A DNA stretch of 24,000 nucleotides from Desulfobacterales bacterium (GTDB lineage Bacteria; Desulfobacterota; Desulfobacteria; Desulfobacterales; Desulfobacteraceae), in assembly GCA_031395015.1 (NCBI GenBank), contig JANNUH010000006.1, forward strand, positions 13,082-37,081. The letters are read 5' to 3'. Positions 7,938 to 15,218 of the stretch are shown here, piece by piece; position 1 is the first letter of the stretch; each line of letters opens with the position of its first letter. The notes under the pieces are model-generated. The model had not been told where the DNA came from. It searched no databases and saw nothing but the letters and a program-made list of their open reading frames with translations. A program made the position numbers and the translations under genes.

Positions 7938-10379
7938 TCAGAAATTGCTGATCTGCATTTCGTAAAAAAGCATGCCGTTCAAGTTTTTTTCAACTTCTTT
8001 AATGCGGCATCGTAAGGCTGAATTGGAAAGGGTAAGCGAGGTATTTGGAGAAAAAATCCGGGTCTCTGATTCAGCCTTTCTCCCGATTTTGACTTCCGCA
8101 AGGGCCTCTGTCCTGCCGGAAAATTCGATCAGTAGCTTTTTTTCATCGGACAGGATTTGGCTATGGGCTTCAAATTCTTTGATCCGGCTGCTTTTCCGGG
8201 AAATTTCAGAGACGATCTGATCCTGGCGGTCAAATCCCTTATTAATTTTTTCTTCGGCTTTTTTTGCATTGATCCGGATCTCCTTGATCGTATTGGCGAT
8301 TTTCTGGTATGCGGCCATATCCCTGGAAGCCTTCAGTTCGCTCAGTTTTTTTTCCAGATCTTTGAGGTCAAGCTGTGCCCGGTCCTGGATATAGGCATAT
8401 TTGGAAATCAACCCATGCAGATCCTGATCTTCTTTTTCAAGTTTTTCAACCTCGGTTTTGAGTCCCAGGATTTCATTATCGTCGGTCATCAGCAGGGAAT
8501 CGATTCTTTCCGTTAACAGGCGGGTGTGATTATCCACACCCACCGTCAGGGTGGAGGGTTTTGAATTGGGACTTCCGATATTGCCGGCACGGATACCCAT
8601 TTTTGCAGAAATTTTAGAATTGAGGATGGAACCTCTTTCATTGATGCAGGCCCCGCTTAAATAAATTATCGAGTCAATGATTTCCTTTTGAACAATGAGG
8701 TCGCCAAAGGCGTTTATTTTTGAATTGTGAATATATTTGGCCTGAATCGATCCTTTGACCTTAATCAGCTCGGCATCAACAATGCCGAAGGAGACATTCA
8801 GATCTCCTGAAATATCAACTTCCGCACCATGAATTTCTTTGGCTGTCAATGAGGCGCATTTGACCTTGAATCCTCGTTTAACCGCGCCATCAATAATCAC
8901 ATTGCCGTTGAAATTGACATTGCCGGTTTCAAATCCGAGATCCCCTTTGATCTGAAATTCCGCGCAGACAGAGACAGTTCCAAGGGCATCCAGATGGGGT
9001 TGCCCTGATGCTGCGGCATAAATCCTTGCCCCGTCTTCAGACAACCGTGTCCCAATGCCCGATGAAAAAGCAAGATCAACCGCCTCTTCCACCGGGATTT
9101 TTTTCCCGAATACGTCAATCCCGTAGGCCCCCGGTTCCGGGTGAATTTTGGTGGCAAGTAAAGCCCCGTCTTTGATATAGGGGATCTCTCCCCGGTCCTT
9201 GAAATCAATGCTGCCGTCCTCGTTCACTTTGCCTGCATGAAGAAAACGGGTTGGGAAATAATAGCAGATATCGGCATTTTTTGGATATTTCGGCTCTCTT
9301 GCCTTTGCAACGACAAAGGGTTCATCTCCCGGTATGGCCCTGAAAAGCCAGGATTCAATCTCATGATCCTCTTTAATCCCGGTGATGATTTTGTTTTTTT
9401 CAAGGAATTGCCGGACATGGGAAGGATTCAGCGAATGGGTATCCTTTGTTTTAATCTTCAAAAAGGCCTCGGAATTGTCTTCTGAAAGCCTGACCTCAAA
9501 AAAAACATCCTGAATGATTTCTTTTATTCTTCCCCGGCTCTGGGGTTCGGGCGGTTTATCTTTCAGAAGAAGGGCAAACAGGAGCACCAGGATCTTGTCC
9601 ATCAGCTCCTTGACTTCAGGGTTCAATAGGGATGGGTCAAGAAGGGTCCTGGATGAAACCGGGGTCAGGGTGATATCGGGTGATAAGGCCACGACTTCAA
9701 GGATCTGTTTGATTTCATTTTTTATGGTGAGAAATTGAGAGCCAAAGGCATCCGGAGAAAAATCAATATTTCTTTTGGTCAGGATATCTTTCAGCAGCAA
9801 TGGTTTATCTGCATAAAGAGAACCGCCTGCAGAGCGAATCCTGGATTCAAGAATCCGGATTTCTTTTTTCTTTTGTTCAAGCTGGGCCAGATTCAGGGCA
9901 TCTTTTTTCTTTAAGCTGCTTGCCATCTCAAACAATTGCCTGTTCTGGTGCTGGGTCACCCGTTTAAAATGATTCTGTTTTTGGACCATATCATACTGCC
10001 GGCAGCACTGGTCCACCTGATATAAAAGATCCGGATCATCAAAGGGAAGGGTGAGGCAGGCGTGTATCCCGGCCAGATTGACGGCATTGACAAGGGTTTC
10101 GAGTTCAGCCGCATCGGCAATCAGAATTCTTTGCGTGTTGGGCGCAATCTCCCTTGCCTTTTTCAGGATCTCATCCCCTTTCATTTCCGGCATCATATAG
10201 TTCGAGATGATCAGCGTGTAAGGGACCGGCTTTGAAGCCTCAAGGGCTTCAAGGGCATCGGAAGAGATTGAAAAGCATTCCACCCCGTATCCTTCGGCGG
10301 ATAAGACGGATTTCATCCTGTTTTTCAAGGTGGTGGTGGATTCAACGATAAGAATTTTATGGGAAGTGTCGTTTAAAAT
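7938..10379 (-). CDS. FapA-family (DUF342) protein with an N-terminal degenerate (pseudo-)receiver domain and a C-terminal coiled coil; 5' boundary uncertain
   Basis: The 796-aa track ORF starts at TTG 10328. The DUF342/FapA beta-helix signature is clear: FETGNVNFNGNVIIDGAVKRGFKVKCASLTAKEIHGAEVDISGDLNV...SKISAKMGIRAGNIGSPNSKPSTLTVGVD. A long heptad-rich tail follows. The N-terminus is receiver-like, but its beta-1 strand (HKILIVESTTT) lies upstream of the first canonical start. I therefore extend to ATT 10379, which has AAGGA (10392-10388) 8 nt upstream. Stop TGA at 7938-7940. Confidence 0.8.
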   Translation of the reverse strand: MLNDTSHKILIVESTTTLKNRMKSVLSAEGYGVECFSISSDALEALEASKPVPYTLIISNYMMPEMKGDEILKKAREIAPNTQRILIADAAELETLVNAVNLAGIHACLTLPFDDPDLLYQVDQCCRQYDMVQKQNHFKRVTQHQNRQLFEMASSLKKKDALNLAQLEQKKKEIRILESRIRSAGGSLYADKPLLLKDILTKRNIDFSPDAFGSQFLTIKNEIKQILEVVALSPDITLTPVSSRTLLDPSLLNPEVKELMDKILVLLFALLLKDKPPEPQSRGRIKEIIQDVFFEVRLSEDNSEAFLKIKTKDTHSLNPSHVRQFLEKNKIITGIKEDHEIESWLFRAIPGDEPFVVAKAREPKYPKNADICYYFPTRFLHAGKVNEDGSIDFKDRGEIPYIKDGALLATKIHPEPGAYGIDVFGKKIPVEEAVDLAFSSGIGTRLSEDGARIYAAASGQPHLDALGTVSVCAEFQIKGDLGFETGNVNFNGNVIIDGAVKRGFKVKCASLTAKEIHGAEVDISGDLNVSFGIVDAELIKVKGSIQAKYIHNSKINAFGDLIVQKEIIDSIIYLSGACINERGSILNSKISAKMGIRAGNIGSPNSKPSTLTVGVDNHTRLLTERIDSLLMTDDNEILGLKTEVEKLEKEDQDLHGLISKYAYIQDRAQLDLKDLEKKLSELKASRDMAAYQKIANTIKEIRINAKKAEEKINKGFDRQDQIVSEISRKSSRIKEFEAHSQILSDEKKLLIEFSGRTEALAEVKIGRKAESETRIFSPNTSLTLSNSALRCRIKEVEKNLNGMLFYEMQISNF

Positions 10380-10391
10380 GGCTTTTATCCT

Positions 10392-11129
10392 TTATCTGTT
10401 CAGGTCTGATGAATCAGTTGGTTGCGGCATCATAAACCCGTATTGAGTGGAGATTTCCCGGAATTGTTCAAAGAGTTCGGCAATGATGGCCGCATAAAGC
10501 GAATTAAGCCTTCCCTTTTCCGTCATATTTTTTTGTTTCAAAAGGGCTTGTATTTCATTGATATAATTTTTGTTTTCAAACCCTTTTTCAAGGACGGCAT
10601 TCAAGTCGGTGATCTTTTGATCTTTATGAAGAAGGGCCTTCTGGTGAATTTCCGTACTCTTTTTAAGGTCAATATTGAGCTTATATAATTTTGCATTCTG
10701 TTCTTTGGCCAGGGCAAACAGCCTATGGCTTTCCATGATGAGTTCATACTGCCCAAGCCCGGCTTTGACGGATTCGACCAGAACTTTATTATCCCATGGT
10801 TTTGAAATATATCGGTGGATGGAGCCTTTATTGACCGATTCGGTCACTGCATCCGCATCTGCATAACCAGTGATGAGAAACCGGATGGTGTCGGGTGAGA
10901 TTTCCTTTGCCTTTTGAAGAAAAACAGAGCCCATCATTTCCGGCATCCGCTGATCCGAAAGAATCATGGAAAAAGGATGAGATGCTTTTTCCATGCAGTC
11001 AAGGGCTTCTCTGCCCGACGACACATAGACGTATTTCACACCCATCCCCCGCATCAGGCGGCCCAGTGCTTTGCCGATCTGTTCTTCATCATCCACAATC
11101 AATACGGTGTGGTCAAAGGGTTCCGACAT
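10392..11129 (-). CDS. Response regulator: canonical receiver plus a C-terminal region of about 110 aa, coiled-coil-like, with no recognised output domain
   Basis: The track ORF starts at TTG 11156. ATG 11129 (MSEPFDHTVLIVDDEE) is preferred because GGAGG lies 6 nt upstream. Receiver residues are intact: DD, acceptor D in MILSDQRMPEMMG, T in FLITGY, K in YISKPW. The C-terminal part (LAKEQNAKLYKLNIDLKKSTEIHQKALLHKDQKITDLNAVLEK...) is heptad-like, with no HTH or enzymatic motif that I recognise. Confidence 0.9.
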   Translation of the reverse strand: MSEPFDHTVLIVDDEEQIGKALGRLMRGMGVKYVYVSSGREALDCMEKASHPFSMILSDQRMPEMMGSVFLQKAKEISPDTIRFLITGYADADAVTESVNKGSIHRYISKPWDNKVLVESVKAGLGQYELIMESHRLFALAKEQNAKLYKLNIDLKKSTEIHQKALLHKDQKITDLNAVLEKGFENKNYINEIQALLKQKNMTEKGRLNSLYAAIIAELFEQFREISTQYGFMMPQPTDSSDLNR

Positions 11130-11152
11130 ATTCAGCCTCCAAAAGCCTTGCC

Positions 11153-12292
11153 TCAAACCGGTTCATGATCCAGCGTCTCCCGGATTTTTACGGCCAGCTC
11201 TTTTCTGGAAAAGGGTTTTGAAACAAAATGGACATCCTCCGGCAGCAGCCCCCGTTGAGCAATGATATCAGCCGTATAGCCGGACATGAACAGTATTTTA
11301 AGATCAGGATACAGGGCTTTCAGCTTTTTGGCCAGGTCCGGGCCGGTCATTTCCGGCATGATCACATCCGTCAGCACCAGATCGATTCCGCCGATATGGG
11401 TTTGGGCCAGGTTCATGGCCTGGCCCGGGGTCGCCGCCTCCAGCGCTTCATAGTCCAGCCCCTCCAGCATTCTCTTGACGAGATTCAGAATGGGGACATC
11501 ATCCTCAATGATCAGCACGGTTTCATGATGTCCTCTGGGTATTTCCGTTTCATCGGGCAGTTTCGATTGTTGGGGGTCTCCTGCATGACGGGGCAGGTAA
11601 ATTCTGAAAGTCGTCCCTTTTCCAGGCTCGCTGTAAACATTGATGAAGCCGTCGTTCTGCTTGACGATGCCGTACACTGTGGCCAAGCCTAAGCCGGTCC
11701 CCTGACCCAGGTCCTTGGTGGTGAAAAAGGGTTCAAAAATGTGGTCAAGGGTTTGCCTGTCCATGCCGCAGCCGGTGTCGCTCACCGCCAGCAATACAAA
11801 ATCGCCGGGAACATAGCCGGGATGGGCTGCGCAATAGGACCCATCAAAAATCACATTATCTGTCTCCAGGGTAACCTCCCCGACACCGGCAATGGCATCC
11901 CTTGCGTTGACGCAGAGATTGGCCAGGATCTGATCCATCTGGGAAGGGTCTATTTTGACTGGCCCAAGGCCTGACCTTGGCCGCCAGGTCAGATGAATAT
12001 CCTCCCCAATAAGGCGCCGAAGCATTTTCAGCATGGATTCCACGGTCTGGTTAAGGTCGAGCACCTGGGGGCTGACGGTCTGTTTTCTGGCAAAGGCCAG
12101 TAATTGCCGGGTGATGTCGACAGATCGCTGGGCAGCTTTGAGAACCTGCTGGAGATCATCGTGAACCGTCCCGGCCGGGTCTATTCTGTCTATGACCAGT
12201 TGGGTATAGCTCAGAATAATGGTGAGCATATTGTTGAAATCATGGGCCACCCCGCCGGCCAGCCGCCCTACGGATTCCATTTTCTGGGCCTG
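11153..12292. repeat. Direct repeat copy 1 (1140 bp) = 3' part of HK1 encoding HisKA-HATPase_c-REC
   Basis: Collinear with 17949-19088 at a constant offset of 6796 nt, so there is no net indel. It includes a 90-nt perfectly identical run (12060-12149 = 18856-18945). Similarity starts at the stop codon, is weaker over the last 8 codons, and ends just upstream of [14 protein letters not shown]. Confidence 0.9.
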
Positions 12293-13078
12293 ATGAAGCT
12301 GGGCCTGCAACAGAGTCTGTTCAGCTTCCGCCTGCTTACGCTCAGTGATGTCGCTGACGATGTGGACCGCGCCGGAAAGATGCTTGTCTGCATCCAGGAT
12401 GGGATCCACCGTCACCTTAAACCATCGATCGTCGGCCTGCAATTCCATACTTTCGCGCTTCAGGGTCTTGCGCATCCGCAGGATCGGGCATTCAAGGATC
12501 GGCGCCTGGGTGCCATGGACGATCTCCCAGCAGTGTTTGCCTATCATTTCATCCGTTGCCCGTTGAAATATCCGCTCCGCTCCCCGGTTGGAACGTACCA
12601 CGCGCTGGTCGGCGTCGAGAATCCAGACAGCGTCTGCCACTGAGTTGAAAGTCAGTTGCCACTCCCGTGCCAGTTGCTCATTTTCCTCCAATAGGAATTT
12701 GAGGCGTAGAAATGCGTTGATGGTGGCCACCAGGATTTTCGGGTACACCGGCTGGGTCAGATATCCGTCTGCGCCTTGCTCCAGGCCTGTCACCCGGTCG
12801 TCGTTGCTCATGAACACGGCGGACAGGTGCACGACGGGAATGGCGGATAGTCGTGGGTTGGCCCTGATCTGCTTACAAACCTCAATGCCGCTGATGTCGG
12901 GCAGTCGGACATCGAGCAGAATCAGGTCCGGGCACTCTTCGGCCAGGCGCAGTGCCTCCCGGCCAGTGGCGGCTTCACGTACTTCAAACCCTGCCTGCTG
13001 AAGGATGCGGGTGGTGGTATAGCGCATGGCCTCGGTGTCATCCACGTTCAGGATGACCGGCTTTCGGCTATTTTTCAT
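11153..13078 (-). CDS. Hybrid histidine kinase REC - PAS - HisKA - HATPase_c - REC (called HK1 in the findings)
   Basis: The track ORF (11153..13309) carries a 77-codon Arg/Pro-rich extension that overlaps the upstream gene. The real start is most likely ATG 13078 (MKNSRKPVILNVDD), with GAGGGGG 6 nt upstream. N-terminal REC: acceptor D56 (codon 12911-12913), and Gln in place of the conserved Lys (YLTQP, codon 12752-12754). One PAS domain. H-box [14 protein letters not shown]; G-boxes SDTGCGM and GQGTGLGL. C-terminal REC: [28 protein letters not shown]. Confidence 0.9.
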   Translation of the reverse strand: MKNSRKPVILNVDDTEAMRYTTTRILQQAGFEVREAATGREALRLAEECPDLILLDVRLPDISGIEVCKQIRANPRLSAIPVVHLSAVFMSNDDRVTGLEQGADGYLTQPVYPKILVATINAFLRLKFLLEENEQLAREWQLTFNSVADAVWILDADQRVVRSNRGAERIFQRATDEMIGKHCWEIVHGTQAPILECPILRMRKTLKRESMELQADDRWFKVTVDPILDADKHLSGAVHIVSDITERKQAEAEQTLLQAQLHQAQKMESVGRLAGGVAHDFNNMLTIILSYTQLVIDRIDPAGTVHDDLQQVLKAAQRSVDITRQLLAFARKQTVSPQVLDLNQTVESMLKMLRRLIGEDIHLTWRPRSGLGPVKIDPSQMDQILANLCVNARDAIAGVGEVTLETDNVIFDGSYCAAHPGYVPGDFVLLAVSDTGCGMDRQTLDHIFEPFFTTKDLGQGTGLGLATVYGIVKQNDGFINVYSEPGKGTTFRIYLPRHAGDPQQSKLPDETEIPRGHHETVLIIEDDVPILNLVKRMLEGLDYEALEAATPGQAMNLAQTHIGGIDLVLTDVIMPEMTGPDLAKKLKALYPDLKILFMSGYTADIIAQRGLLPEDVHFVSKPFSRKELAVKIRETLDHEPV

Positions 13079-15218
13079 GGTTGGCCCCCTCTTTTTTTTG
13101 CCTGTATAGTTCAGTAATCTTACACAATGCCTCCTGCACTGCTTCCAGGGCCTTTTCCCGGTTGGGTGCCGCTTTGGACAGAACCGCCAGGGCTTGTTGG
13201 TTGAGGAAGCGGCGCTCGGTTTCGTCAAGTGTTTTGGAGGTGCTGATAATAACCGGGATCGCGCGCGTGGCCGGGTTGGCCTTGAGCCGTTGAAGGACTT
13301 CAAAACCATCCATGCCGGGCATGGTCAGGTCCAGGAAGATGACGTCCGGCTGCTCTGCTTCCGCCAGGATCAGGTCTGCCGTGCCATCGGAGGCTTCCAG
13401 GCTGGTGTAGCCGGTTCCGGCCAGATGACCCTTTAGAATATAACGGGCCACCTCTTCGTCGTCTATGATCAAGATTTTTTTCAGTGGTGCACGCCTTGCA
13501 AGGTCGCTCAATTTTCCCAATAGCCAATTCCGTTCAATGGGCTTCACACAATAATCCTCCGCTCCCAGAGAGAGGCCTTTGTCCTGCTCCTCCAGCAAAG
13601 AGGCAACAATGACGGGGATGTCCCTTGTGGCAGGGTTGGCTTTGATTTCAGTCAGGAATGACCATCCATCCTCATTCTCGTCGGGCATTAAGATATCCAG
13701 CACAATGGCCGTGGGTTTCATGCGCTGTAACGTCTGCCGGGCCTCACGGATGGATTGGGCCGGAAAAACCTTAAACCCGGAATCTTTCAGATATGATTGG
13801 TATACGAGCTGGGTGGCTGCATCGTCTTCGACCACGAGCACTGGATGGCGGGTGATATCACCGGGAGCGAGTGCCGCGACCTGTTCGTCTTTGGCCGGTG
13901 CATAGCGCACAGGGATGGTAATGGTAAAGGTGGCGCCTTCCCCCGGGCGGCTTTGCACAGTCACATGACCGCCCAGCAGTTCGGCCAGTTTACGGGAGAT
14001 GGGCAACCCCAGACCAGTGCCTTTGGGCTTGCCCTGTTGGGCGGTCTCCACCTGGGTGTATTCGTCAAAGATGCGTTCATGGTCTTCAGGTGCGATACCG
14101 ATGCCGGTATCGGCCACGGAAAATAGTACGGTCTGCCCATCGTCGCCCGGCCGGGCCGACACCCGGATCTCGCCCTGATGGGTAAACTTGATGGCGTTGG
14201 ACAAAAAGTTCCGCAGGATCTGGACCAGCTTGGCATCATCGGTGAATAGCGGCGGGAGGCTTGCCATGGACTCAAAGACCAGCTCAATCGACTTGTCTGC
14301 CAGGAGTGGTTTGAGAATGCCTCGCAGTCCGCTGAAAATCTCCTCTGCCATGAATTCGCGCGGCTTCACATTGACCTTGTTGGCCTCGATCTTGGCAAGG
14401 TCCAGCAGGTCGTTGATCTGCGCAGAAAAAGCATCGGCTGCCTGGTGGATGAAGGTCACCTGTTTTTCCTGTTCCAGGGTGAGGTCGCCGTCCGTTCGAT
14501 CCAACAGCAGTCGGGAGAGGGCCAGGATGGAATTGAGTGGGGTGCGGAATTCATGGCTCATATTGGATAGAAATCGGGATTTGGTCTGGTCGGCCGAGCG
14601 TAGCTGGGTGACTTTTTCATCCAATTCCGCATAGAGCGCCAGCACCCCTTGATTGGTATTCTCCAGTTCTTCCCGCTGGCTGCGCAGTTCATCCAGTGCG
14701 CGCAGGAGTTCCTGATTTTGCACGCGGACTTCCTCCAGCGGTGATTCGGCGTCTGTGGTCGCCAGTGACTCTGCAATGCGCATTAAGACGTCCGGCGTTA
14801 CTGCCGGGGCTGTCACCGGGAGGGTCTTGCCGATGGTCACCTCGGTCCCCTTACCGGGTTCGGTGTTGATACGGAACTGGTCCATCAGCCGCCGGGTGCC
14901 GACAATGCCCCTGCCCATTCCGGTGGGTGAGGTGTAGCGCCCTTCCAGGATGGCCTGGATATCTTTGATCCCCGGCCCCTGGTCGCGCACCGTGATGGTA
15001 AAGACCTGAGCTGGAGTGGTACCCTCTATCATGAATTCAACCTCGCCGTCCCTGCCATACTGGTAGGCATTGCGGGCAATTTCCGATACGGCGGTACTGA
15101 TGCGTGTCTGATCGTTTCGGTCAAATCCCAGCAGGTCGGCAATCCGCCGGGCCCGCTGCCGGGCATAGACCACGTCCTGTTCGTAGCGGATTTCAACGCG
15201 GGTAATCGATGTTTTCAT
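13068..15218 (-). CDS. Soluble hybrid histidine kinase: N-terminal RsbT/RsbW-like GHKL module - coiled coil - HisKA - HATPase_c - REC - REC
   Basis: 716-aa ORF. ATG 15218 has AAGGAG 6 nt upstream and an ATGA overlap with the phosphatase stop. Residues 1 to about 133 (VSEIARN, RDQGPGI, GMGRGI, PGKGTEV) align with the stand-alone RsbT in this window. H-box MSHEFRTPLNSI (His222, codon 14553-14555); N-box NFLSNAIKFT; G-boxes ADTGIGI and GTGLGL. Two receivers: VLVVEDD...IVLDILMP...CVKP and ILIIDDE...IFLDLTMPGMDG...VIISTS. I saw no TM, PAS or GAF domain. Confidence 0.9.
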   Translation of the reverse strand: MKTSITRVEIRYEQDVVYARQRARRIADLLGFDRNDQTRISTAVSEIARNAYQYGRDGEVEFMIEGTTPAQVFTITVRDQGPGIKDIQAILEGRYTSPTGMGRGIVGTRRLMDQFRINTEPGKGTEVTIGKTLPVTAPAVTPDVLMRIAESLATTDAESPLEEVRVQNQELLRALDELRSQREELENTNQGVLALYAELDEKVTQLRSADQTKSRFLSNMSHEFRTPLNSILALSRLLLDRTDGDLTLEQEKQVTFIHQAADAFSAQINDLLDLAKIEANKVNVKPREFMAEEIFSGLRGILKPLLADKSIELVFESMASLPPLFTDDAKLVQILRNFLSNAIKFTHQGEIRVSARPGDDGQTVLFSVADTGIGIAPEDHERIFDEYTQVETAQQGKPKGTGLGLPISRKLAELLGGHVTVQSRPGEGATFTITIPVRYAPAKDEQVAALAPGDITRHPVLVVEDDAATQLVYQSYLKDSGFKVFPAQSIREARQTLQRMKPTAIVLDILMPDENEDGWSFLTEIKANPATRDIPVIVASLLEEQDKGLSLGAEDYCVKPIERNWLLGKLSDLARRAPLKKILIIDDEEVARYILKGHLAGTGYTSLEASDGTADLILAEAEQPDVIFLDLTMPGMDGFEVLQRLKANPATRAIPVIISTSKTLDETERRFLNQQALAVLSKAAPNREKALEAVQEALCKITELYRQKKEGANHEK

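Noticed and set aside
11153-12292. Whether the 1.14-kb repeat is an insertion sequence or other mobile element
   Set aside because: Both copies are in-frame parts of kinase genes encoding HisKA-HATPase-REC. There are no terminal inverted repeats, target-site duplications or transposase motifs. It is treated as a paralogous coding duplication or gene conversion.
13092-13099. A8 homopolymer (T8 on the plus strand) in the overlap between the hybrid kinase and HK1. A 1-nt deletion or a +1 slip there would fuse the two kinases, because the HK1 frame is open upstream
   Set aside because: The open upstream frame is most simply a by-product of high G+C. Similar 8-nt runs occur in ordinary genes here (for example around 4800 in pckG and 21320). 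Nothing else suggests programmed frameshifting or phase variation.
13079-13309. 77-codon N-terminal extension of the 718-aa track ORF (MVLKSFNGSRPTRPRARS...)
   Set aside because: It is Arg/Pro-rich and domain-less, and it lies entirely inside the 3' end of the upstream hybrid kinase gene. The receiver begins right after ATG 13078, which has a GAGGGGG SD.
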